Assembly (NCBI GenBank): GCA_036172245.1
Contig: JAYWIR010000072.1
Location: forward strand, 124,001-188,000
Direction: 5' to 3'
Length of the DNA stretch: 64,000 nt
Origin: Raillietiella orientalis
Lineage: Eukaryota
This document shows, piece after piece, positions 41,342 through 51,281 of this stretch; position 1 is the stretch's first letter; each line of letters starts with the position of its first letter. Position numbers and translations under genes: made by a program. The notes beneath the pieces were generated by a model. It was not told the origin of the DNA. It did not search any database and saw nothing but the letters and a program-made list of their open reading frames with translations.

Positions 41342-41376
41342 ATGCAATCTGGTAAATAGTATTACCCAGATTGCAT
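41342..41376 (+). other. CRESS rolling-circle origin stem-loop
   Basis: 11-bp stem atgcaatctgg/ccagattgcat with nonanucleotide TAGTATTAC at 41357-41365, between divergent rep and cap. Confidence 0.93.
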
Positions 41377-41620
41377 TTCGCTACAACGCAAAACCTTGGG
41401 AAATTCGTTATGTTGTAATAGATATGTTGGGTGGCTGGTCTTTGTCCGCAATCGTGGAAGACTTTGGAATGCGGAACAAGCTGTTGCTGTCCACGTGGGA
41501 AGTGCGTGGGCGTGATCCGACCTCGTGGAAGGCTGATAAAGTAGGATGGGCGTGCCCACCAGCCAGATTTAAAAAGGGAGGGGGTTAGTGTAGGTCGCCA
41601 GTACGCTGTGAATCAGCGGA

Positions 41621-42494
41621 ATGGTGTCACCTCGCGCTGTTCGTTCTAGAAAACGAAAGCGTGTAGTATCTTCTGGTTATGTAAAGCGTCGTCGTTGGAA
41701 TGTCGGTCGTCGTAAATGGAGGCGTTTGCGTGGTTCACGTTATCGTTTAGTGAGAACAACGCGTGTAGTTGTGAGGGACCAAACGCAGGGTGCCACGCAT
41801 TATTCGTCTTTGAGGACTGCCGACGGGGATGCAGTAAATTGTTCTTGGATGTTTTGTTATTTGGAGGATGAACCTTATGTGAAAGACTTGTTGAGGAATC
41901 GTAATTTGGAGCAATTCGCAAGATATAGGTACATGCGGGTAAAAGGCTCATCTGTAAAGATAGAGCTCTTATCTTTGGGCTTAAGAATTGGCAACATGGG
42001 TGAAGAGTTCGGAATGAAAGTTTCGTATCGAAATATGTTGTTGTATCAAAGTCATAAGCAGGGCGAGACTTTTGGAAGCTTAACTGGAATGCCTTATAGC
42101 AGGGTGGAAGATGTTATTGCTGGTCATGTCGAAACTTCTGGTTGTTTTGATCATTATTTCGGTGTACGTGGATTGAGGTTTTACTCCAAAGCATATATCC
42201 GGGATACGCTGTTTGAGGAAGGAGGAAACTTGTACAGATTTCGGCGTTTGCCTTGGATTGATTGTTGGCAAGATTGATTCTTTGGATCCGGAAACTTCGT
42301 GTCGTGTGTGTTTCCATAGGATGCATGTATTGAAGCATATGTCAGGTGTGGATATACCTGATGAATTGAAGGAAGCTTGTCAGTCTGGTGTATGTCCCAA
42401 GAATGGAAACCTGACCAAAGGCTATCCGATATTCAGAATAACCACAAGATACTATATATAGTTTAAGCATCTGAGAGATGTTAGTTTATATTAA
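41621..42494 (+). pseudogene. cap: CRESS capsid (218-aa ORF, frameshift near 42275, then C-terminal part)
   Basis: Arg-rich N-terminus RSRKRKR...KRRRWNVGRRKWRR, YRYMRVKG, ambisense to rep. Confidence 0.85.
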
Positions 42495-42517
42495 ATGAAT
42501 GAATTGCAAAGAGCTAT

Positions 42518-43300
42518 TTACGAATCTTGGTTTATTTCATCAAAAAATGGGGAAATGGATGACAATGAGGAATCAGGCGAGTCGCGGGCTTGCGCTGTAC
42601 TAGGGCTTGAAGTGCAAGCCCAAGGGAGAATGGTTCCATCATGGATCATCATCATCCAATCGGTTAGTTTACTGGAACTAGATGTGGATATATCTCTGAC
42701 AACCCATCTATCAGAACTCATCTTATCATAGTTGGGTTCACAATTACTGAAAACCATATGTGGTGGCTGGAAGTATTTTATAGAGCCTTGATACTTCGAA
42801 TCGAATATAATGCCATTTTTTAGACTCTCTATGAAGCCGTATTTCACGTGTTCCATGTTGTCCTTGGTGAGGTCGACTACGATGATCCTTTCGCCGTTGT
42901 ATATGTGAGCGGCGTCAGCTGTTTTGCAAGAGTGCATGTATATTGCTCCCTTTTTAAGATGTAGGAATGTGGGTATAGTTGTTCTGCCAATTTCTCCGAT
43001 TGGGTCAAAGAACCAATGGATCTTGCGGTTGTCTGGATTGTGACGTATGAGTTTGAGGATATCCATTTGCCATGTTCGAAGTTGATGATTGGCGATGGGG
43101 TTGGGGTGTGCTGATAGATCTTAGCGGAGGTGTGGTAGATTTCGAACGAATGCGTGGTCCATCTGTTTGGCGTTCTCGCGCGAATGCGCTGGGAATTCCG
43201 TGCCGCTCTCAAACAATATGGTACCGTTCACGCGCAGCAGTTCAAGCCTTCTGTGGATTTTACTGTACATCAGTGCGAACTCTCGGCCACGCGTATTTGA
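42518..43300 (-). pseudogene. rep: CRESS Rep helicase half
   Basis: WFFDPIGEIGRT (decayed Walker A), IIVVDL (Walker B), ESLKNG, VFSN (motif C), MSSDRW. Confidence 0.9.
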
Positions 43301-43330
43301 CTCGTACCCTGGAATCGGCTCGTACGGAGA
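43301..43330 (+). rRNA. 30-nt 28S rRNA microfragment between two rep copies
   Basis: ctcgtaccctggaatcggctcgtacggaga matches 62107-62136 at 29/30 nt. Confidence 0.85.
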
Positions 43331-43334
43331 TGAA

Positions 43335-44146
43335 TGCGAAGGTGATACCATTGTTTAGTGTTTCTATGAAACCGTATTGCACGATTTCCTGGTTATCTCT
43401 GGTGAGATCTACTACAATGATGCGTTCTCCGTTGTAAATGTGTGCGGCGTCTGCTTTCTTGCATGAATGCATGTAAATAGCCTTTTTTTTTTGAGATATA
43501 AAAAATTGGCGAAGGTGGTTTTGCCGTTTCCTCCGACTGGATCATAATACCAGTAGATTTTGGGGTTGTCTGGTTCAGATCGTAATAGTTTAAGTATGTC
43601 CATTTGCCGGCTGCGCAATTGTAAGTTTGCCATCGGGTTTGGGTGGTTTCTGCTTCGTGTTAACCTGAAGCATTCTTTAACGAAATTGATGTTTTTGCTG
43701 TAAAATTTAGTATGGCTTTGTAGGATATCTAGTTCTGATGCTCCGTTTTGGATTAGTTGTAGTATCTTGGGTAGAATAAAGTAATTAAGTAATTTAATTT
43801 TGCTTACCATGTCTTGGTAGTCGTTTGTTTCTTTTTGTTCTTGTATCATGCCAAATGTCCACGCTTGGTGGTCCTCTTTGCTGCAGTACCGTAAGTTGCT
43901 ACGTGGACTGCCTTTTGCCTTTTCCAAGTGTGCCTTTTGGAAAGGTGTTCTTTTTAAACTGTATAGTGTTCTGGGATCCTTGAGTTGTTTGTAGCCTTGG
44001 AGATGCGGCGTTCCTGTGCTTGCGTTTTCTTTCCCGATGACTGCGAAGGTGCAATTTCTCCTGCACCAGTCCTTTATTTCTTGAAGTTCTTCATCCAAGT
44101 AATTGCATAGTGTGAAGCACCAATATAGGAAGTGCCCGTACGGCAT
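43335..44146 (-). pseudogene. rep: CRESS Rep, near complete (frameshift in poly-T ~43490, 3'-truncated), intron 43766-43807
   Basis: FTLCN, PHLQG, YCSKE, GGNGKT, IIVVDL. Confidence 0.93.
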
Positions 44147-44169
44147 TGTTGTGTAGTGAATTTGCACCT

Positions 44170-45565
44170 TTGGGTCATAAATAGGGGAACAGACACTGGG
44201 GATGGGAGAGAGGGTTGCGGCTCAATGTTTGGGAGGCCGACGTTGTGAGGGGATATATGCTCAATGTAAATGTTCCGGGTCCATCGGATCGCCAAAAGGG
44301 TTGAAGTAGCAGCAATGTTCTTTATACTATGTTGGGGGAGACCTGCTAATCGAAACACTGCATCATTGGGGGGGTGCCAAGCACCTAGAGTGCCGACAAC
44401 GATAGCATCATTTAAAACTTTTAAGCCTTGAGACTCAAGGAACTTTTTAAGAGGGATGTATTTTTGTTTTCTTTGCCAAGCTGCTTTAAAGGAAGTAAGT
44501 CTGTTTTCATACGGGATGACTAGGTCCAGAAGGAGGGCATGGGTGGCATCTTGAAGAACGAGATCAGGGCGAAGAGTGGAGTGGGAATCTGGGATGCATT
44601 GGTTGCTGAAGGATATGGGCCATAGGAGAAGAAGAAATTCTTTTAATATTTCAGGAATAGCATTGTGTCGGGACGTGATCAATGTTCCTAAATGTGCGGG
44701 GCAATGGGAGAGCACGTGGGCTAACGTTTCTTTAGGGTATGGAGATTTTCTGCATTACTCGTTGAAGCCAGCTCTCTTACGATTGCCGTTCAAAACCAAT
44801 TGGTTGAGCTGGGTTCGGTGAATGAACCACCAATCGGCATATCGTAAGAAAGCATCTACTTCAAGAAAGCTCATTGATGCAGAGTGGCACTTAATACATT
44901 CCATGGAGCGACCTTGGTCCGGTTTGGAAAGCAGGGATTGGATTTTCTGGTCTCTGAGGAGAGACGGAATGGATTTGGCAATTTGCCTTCTAGAATTTGA
45001 AAATAAGACTTTGGAATTGTGAGAATCTACGCAAGCAAGGCGAATAACGATTTGATTCTCGACCAAGTCCCAAGAAACCGGTAAGCATTTCGCGAGTGAT
45101 CGACAACGAGACCAGAACGTTTTGGGGTCACCACTTGGTTCATCAAAGGGAGGGTTGTTAGAACCATTTAGGTAGTCTACAATTGTTTGGAGATCAGGGG
45201 AAGAGTGGCATTTTCTACTTACAGCATCGGACAATGTTTGGAATGCAAGTGAGGAAATGGAATCGTCAGGGCAACAAAGTAATTTAAAAGCGGAATCAAT
45301 TAGCATGATTCGGGATTCTTCCGAAAGAGCCATGATTCCGAGACAACCATCTTTGACACGACCGTATAACTATTCAACAGAGGAACCTTGTGTTAAGGGG
45401 AGTGTTTTGTTTCAAGGAATTACGGACAGTTTTTTCCAATTTGGACAACTCAGACAGCGGCTTGGTGCCCAAACGAAGATCATGAACTAGGGATGGAAGG
45501 AGGAACGTTTTAATGGCATCTAGTTTTCGGCAAGGGGCAAGGTACGAATTAGTCAATCCGTGAAA
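44170..45565 (-). mobile_element. RLE retrotransposon subfamily B, 3' part
   Basis: LAPCRKLDAIKTF, YADWWFIHRTQLN, RHNAI, LRPDLV, IPYENR, VGTLGAWHPPND. Confidence 0.9.
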
Positions 45566-47815
45566 TTTTATTGTATATACTCAATGTACCGATTGAACTG
45601 TACGAGCGTCTCCCCCGCTGTACAGTCTCAACTTTTTAACATGGTTACAACTGACCAGCGTAACGCTGATCTTTCTGTGAGTCACACGTCGTACGTCTGA
45701 GTATCTCGGCGTTTAACTGGGCAAGCACTTGCCTGTATTCCTACGTGGCCCAGATTTACAAAGAAAAAGGGTTTCCGATCCGGTGATCACAATCAGTTCC
45801 TAAGCTATCGCTTTTTGGGAGACATAGGGTCCTGGCTGTGCGATTTTCCCAGGCAGAATCTGCCTTTATTTCTCGCACGGTGCAGACTGGGAGTACATGG
45901 CACGAAGGGGATAGGTAACAAAGTTTTTTTGATCCTGGGTAGTTAATCGTTCTCAAGTCCGATGGTTCGGTTGTGGAGGAAAACAGCTGCCTCTACAGCT
46001 GGATCAGGTCTTGAAAGGCGGCGCGGCACCACGGGACGGTCGGTGTTACGCTGATCTTGTCCGTCTTGGATGAGACATGGTCGGCGTAGATATTCTTAGC
46101 TGCACGGATCACAGAGCACACGAGCTTTGGGCGAATCGCCTTTATTTCGTGGCTGCTCAGACCCATGCAGCTGAGGACCGAGTCGTTCTTGGGGTGCCAG
46201 CTGCCTAACGATCCAATCACAAAGGCTTCAATTTTGACGTTGTAGCCTTGTTTCTCGTATCTCCTGCGGATCTCAGCATATTTTGCGATCTTGAGTTTTC
46301 TCGCTGTATCCATCGTTTCTTTCCGGTTTTCGAAGGTGATGCATACATCCACAATGATCATGTGTTGTCCATGGGATGCGACGATATCAGGACGCAGGCT
46401 GCTATCAATGGATGAGTCTGTTCTATCGACCGAGAAGTGGCCCCATTTCGGTCGAGGAGAACGCTCTAGCATGGCTAAGACGACAATATGCCTGGCTGTG
46501 ATTGTTCCCAGATGCTTTGTGCAATGGCATAGCGCATGGGACAGTGTCTCCTTCGGGAACGGTCAGTGTCTGCAGGCCTCGTGGAAGCCCGGTCGCTTCC
46601 GGTTACCGTCAAGAAACATCTGGTTAAGACGGGCTCTATGGATAAACTTCCAATCGCTGTGGCGAATCAGCTCGGGCCTATCCAGAAAGGCCATGGAGGC
46701 TGGGTGGATGGCTACGCAATCCATAATGCGGCCCTGGTCCGGCTTGCTTCCCAGCACGTTGCTCCTTTGGAGCCTTTTTAGGCCCCGGATGGACCGGGCT
46801 ATTATTTTCCGGTCGTTCTCGCGGAGTGTCCTCTTGGATAGTTGAATGGAGACTTTGTTTGCTCGGATGGACCACTGCAAGTCAAGCCTCTTCGAGGCTT
46901 CGCGAGCTCTCGACCAGAAGTCGGCGGGGTCTCCCGACTGATGATGAAAAGGTGGGTCGGTGTCTCCGCTGATGTAACCGGATATCAAGGTAGCACCTTC
47001 CTCCGGACAGTTTAATTCAGAGAGACCCAGGCCATCTCTCTTATGGTCAGGTCGGGGCATGTCAGCATTTTGAACGCTGAATCGATGGCCATAATGTCGG
47101 CCTCCTCGGCGAGGATCATCAGCCCTAGACCACCATATCTCTTAGACCCGTAGAGATACTCTTTGGAAGAGGCTCGGGTCAGCAAGAGAATATCTTCCTT
47201 TAAGGCTTTCTTGATTATTTCATCCAGGCTGCTCCAGAAGCCTCTGGGCTTAGAGCCCATCCGCATGTGGTGGACGAAGGATGGAAAAATAAATGTTTTC
47301 AAGGCGTCCAGCGTTTGCCACGGAGCTAGTGGTGCCTCCAGAATTTTAATTACGCTGGATCGGATGTCGGCTTCAAGCGCATCGCTGTGGATGGCATCGA
47401 ACCCGACCGGCTTCCCCAGGTAGCCGTAAGTGCCAACATCTGTGAGGGCGGGCAAGAGCTCACCCGCCACTCGGAATCGCTGGCGTCCAACGGTTCTTGG
47501 GGTACCCGGGTGGTATTGGAACGATGCACACTTCCTGGCGTTAATCGACATTCAAAGTCGAGAGGCCGTGCTTTTGAAGTTCCGCCGCATCTTTTGTCAG
47601 GACGACTAGGTCATCCGTATAAGCCAATAAATTGTCCTTGGGCACCTGGCTCTTGATGCACACACAGAGGCTCCAGTGTGATATTAAACAAGCCCGATAG
47701 AGGGCAACCTTGCTTGACCCCCCTTTCGAGGGGAATGTGCGCTGATAGCCCCTCTTCGGTAACGATCCGGGTGGTGTTCCCGGAATACATTTGGCAGACA
47801 AGCTCTTCATCAAGC
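45566..47815 (-). mobile_element. RLE retrotransposon subfamily C, 3' half with 3' UTR ending aataaaa
   Basis: RGVKQGCPLSG, LAYTDD, LAPWQTLDALKTF, DWKFIHRARLN, LRPDIV, IGSLGSWHPKND. Confidence 0.9.
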
Positions 47816-47899
47816 TTAGTCCTGATCTCTGCAACTATGTCAGTACCAGGGGCGGGCAATATTAACTCAAAAGGCTTCATGGCCAGCTCTTTAGGAACC

Positions 47900-48961
47900 T
47901 TAGAACAAAAACCGTCCCACTGGGGAATAGTCCTCTTTTGATTCTATGGCCTGTTGTGTTAAATGCGGAGATGAACACAGGGTTGACTTAGGGTATACAT
48001 TAAGCATGAATGATCCCAAGCGGCCAAGGGTTGCATCCGCATCTGCATCATTGAACACTACACGTGGTTGCCCTGTCAGGTAACGTGCCCCAATATGGTA
48101 ATTCCTGGCATTTAACATAATATCTGCATAGGCAGCCCCTAGGAACACCATGTTCTCAATGCTCGGACAGTTGGCTGCGTGTGCCCAGTTGACAAGTCTG
48201 CGCAGGGCTTGATATGCTATAGCATGTCGGTGAGTCCCAGCAGGAGGTGATGCGAAACGTAGCAACGCATCCTGATATATCGTTATTTCTTTAAATGGAT
48301 CACCAGATATGTCTATGGGTGCTGTTTCTAATAATCCTATCATGCCAGCTTTCCGCAAAATTTCCAGAGTGCTCCCAAAGTGACCAAGCTTATGGACTAT
48401 TTCCATAGCCCTATCCTCGGGCACCGTTGATCGACTAAACAATGCTCTCCAGACCTTTAGAGGAAATCCTGCTCCCTTCGAGTTATCTTTTCTCATGCCG
48501 ATATGATGGTTCGTTAACCACCACGAAACTTTCGTAGAGATTATGAAGACCATCATATTGTTAACTGAAAGCTGGTTAATCATTCCTCGGCTCTGTGATC
48601 TTTGACCCGGCGCCATGTCTATCCTTTGAGTGATCGGTTTCCAATCACCTTCTGGGGTAAGATTAACACCATGTTTCTTGTATCTAATAAGTCCGTATGC
48701 TATTAGCCCATAAATTCCATTAAGCATAAGGGCTAAAGCTGAGTCCTTGTACAATTTGGTGGAATACATCCAACCAAATGCTACTGCTACAATGTTCTTT
48801 ATTGTGGGATGATAGATCTGCAGCTTTCTATCCTCAGCAAGAGCCACATCTGTACCTGTAGTCAGACCCACTTCTATCTCGCCGTCTAAGTCCGGGAGGC
48901 CACTGCAGTATTCATCGAACACATTCGGATTATCCTCGGAACTTTGGGAAGCGATCGTCAA
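47900..48961 (-). CDS. Endogenous negative-strand RNA virus nucleoprotein, Qinviridae-like (353-aa open frame; viral sequence probably spans ~47815-49090)
   Basis: TKVSWWLTNHHIG, HKLGHFGST, LRFASPPAGT, YHIGARYLTG, STLCSSPH resemble qinvirus N motifs as I recall them; not confirmed by search. Confidence 0.72.
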   Translation of the reverse strand: MTIASQSSEDNPNVFDEYCSGLPDLDGEIEVGLTTGTDVALAEDRKLQIYHPTIKNIVAVAFGWMYSTKLYKDSALALMLNGIYGLIAYGLIRYKKHGVNLTPEGDWKPITQRIDMAPGQRSQSRGMINQLSVNNMMVFIISTKVSWWLTNHHIGMRKDNSKGAGFPLKVWRALFSRSTVPEDRAMEIVHKLGHFGSTLEILRKAGMIGLLETAPIDISGDPFKEITIYQDALLRFASPPAGTHRHAIAYQALRRLVNWAHAANCPSIENMVFLGAAYADIMLNARNYHIGARYLTGQPRVVFNDADADATLGRLGSFMLNVYPKSTLCSSPHLTQQAIESKEDYSPVGRFLF

Positions 48962-49189
48962 CTAATACATTAGTTATCTGTAATTAGAGATACATTTGCT
49001 GTAAGTGAATTCTTTAAACCCATAATCCCAACGCATACCCCTCAGCAATTTCCCATACCCTGGGGTGCAATCGGAAGGTAGATTCCCATGCGCATCATGC
49101 TCTTGGCTCACAAATCACCCAAGCGGGTAGACAGTGGCATGCAGATAGCACACACAGAAAAAAAAACAAGGGGGCTCCCGGACGTTGAA

Positions 49190-49452
49190 GTATCCCGTTA
49201 TCAGGTGCGCCCGCCGCACACCATCTTTGGCCAACCAATCTTACCGCAGGGCTCCGAAGAACGCAGTGCGTTCTCCGCGCCTGTGGCTGCTGCAGGGCGC
49301 GTATACGTTCGCGACCACGAGGTCGATCGAGTCGGACCACTTGAGAACAAGTTGCCCAACTCGAGCTTCCTCGTCGAACAGTACACTGCGCACTGCCTTT
49401 GCGACAGCTGGCTTCAGCAGGAAGGCCACTTCGCGGGAGTGGTCTCCACCGG
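49190..49452 (-). mobile_element. Tx1/L1-like APE endonuclease fragment
   Basis: AFLLK...ARVGQLVLKWSDSIDLVVANVYAP...ERTAFF. Confidence 0.7.
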
Positions 49453-50877
49453 ATTATGCTCCAGAACGCCGTCATATGGAAGGAAGCCCTTCTGGTGTGG
49501 ACCAAGAATCCTATTTGCCGAAATCCAGTCGCGAAGTCTTCTGGCTAGGCATTTTGCAAATATCTTGCCAATAGTCCGGCTAATGGCTATCGGCCGAAAG
49601 TGCGCGAGGTCTTCCCTCCGTAGCGCAAAGCTCTCGAGTATCAGGGTCGTCCTCGACTCTTTCCATTCGTGGGAGATTCGGCGGGGTAACAGGCAGATGT
49701 TGAATATCGCCCTTAGGAACCGACACTCTGGGTCGAGTTTCTGAAAGGCGGAGTACGGGATGCCATCTGACCCGGGCGCCGTGTCTTCACATTGGCGGAG
49801 ACAATTGGCAATTTCCCGGGCGTCGAGGGAAAACATGTCCACTTGGGCTTCCGTTGATTCCTCCACGGGGTCGAACGCCACAGGGCGAAAGTCGGGACGG
49901 GCCTTAAACAATTCCTTGAAGTATAGCTCGATACGCTCAGGGGATGCCTGGCATTGCACTTAGTCGCTATCCAAAACGTGCCTGATCGCCCTTCGGCGAT
50001 TCCTGCCGTACATCCTCTGCAGCGACCTAGCGTACATACTTGGTTGCCGGTGTTCTTGGGTTGGGGGGGTGAAGGGGCGTAGTTTGAGAACGTATCTAAT
50101 CGCCTCATAGGCAGCGTTCAGTTCCTTCATCGCTAACCCCCAAGACTCCATGGAGATTTTTCGTGATTCCAGGTCTTCGAGGATTCACGTTGCTTCTTCA
50201 AGCGTGCTGGTAGGATTTCCCATCTTTTCCTTCTCAGCTCCTCGATACGACGCTCCCGAGCACCCGTCAGCTAACGCGTTCGGGAGCCCATATCCACGCG
50301 AGATTTCTCGCTCTCTATTATGGAGGGCGTCATAGCGCGAGTTGAGTGCGGAGGGAGGGCTCCTTCCCGGCGGGTCGCCCTCATCTTCTGTCTTAGATCG
50401 AAGTGGCCATCGCTGTGATGGCGACGTAATGGAGCCGTACGCCGCACGCTCGCGTGGGCGGGAATTGTCGTCGGCGCTACTTCCTTCCCAGAGACCTTGT
50501 TGGCGCCCCTTCTAACTTCAGCCCTGGTTCTTTGGTATGGTGCCCTAACGCATACGCTAGCTAGCGCGCGCGAGGGCCCACTTCCGCGGGAATTCTCTCG
50601 TTCACCATTACAACGGGCATCAAAGTGCGAGCTGAAGAAGGGAGGGCTCCCTTCCGGCGAACTGTCTTCGCGTGTTATCTTGTCTTAGGTCGGAGGGGCC
50701 ATCGCTACGGTGGCGACGTAGTGGGGCCGTGCGCCACGCGCTCGCGGGAGCTGGGCATGTAGCCGACAGTTTATTCTTTCCACGCGGTTGGTTGGCGTTC
50801 CTTCTGACTTCATCCTCAGCTTCTCGGTGTGGTGCCCTCGCGCATACGCTGGTTAACGCGCGTGAGGGCACATTTTC
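49453..50877 (-). mobile_element. RLE retrotransposon subfamily C, N-terminal and early RT part
   Basis: LQRMYGRNRRRAIR, DTAPGSDGIPY, FRPIAI, GPHQKGFLPYDGVLEHN. Confidence 0.88.
50270..50877. repeat. Two and a partial third tandem copies of a ~290-bp coding unit
   Basis: gcta(a/g)cgcg...ggagggctcc...tcttag...ggccatcgct...tggtgccct..cgcatacgct repeats at ~50270, ~50560, ~50850. Confidence 0.8.
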
Positions 50878-51281
50878 GCGTCCGGAAGGCTCCGTTCGGC
50901 CCTTGAAAATCTGAGTGAGGTAGAACGAATCTCGTGCCAGATCGTACCCATATCCGCAGCAGGTCTCCAAGGTGAACAGCCTCTGGCATGTTAGAACAAT
51001 GTAGGTAAGGGAAGTCGGCAAGCCGGATCCGTAACTTCGGGATAAGGATTGGCTCTGAGGGTCGGGCCGGTCGGGCTTGGCCGGGAAACGGTAGTGGTTT
51101 CCTCGCTCGGTCGGGGCGCGCGCGTGCCGGCGGGTCCGCTCGGGGTACGCTCAGCGGCTGCCTGCGGCGCTCGCCGGTCGCGCTCCGGTCGGCCGTCGCC
51201 CGCCGCCGCGCGCCGTTTTCTCGGCGCGCGGCCGGGCGCTCTGGTCCCGGAGCGTTTCGGGCGGCATGCAGCGATCGACTC
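50878..51281 (+). rRNA. 28S rRNA fragment
   Basis: CGTACCCATATCCGCAGCAGGTCTCCAAGGTGAACAGCCTCT...GTAAGGGAAGTCGGCAAGCCGGATCCGTAACTTCGGGATAAGGATTGGCTCT; paralogous to ~62175-62696. Confidence 0.95.
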
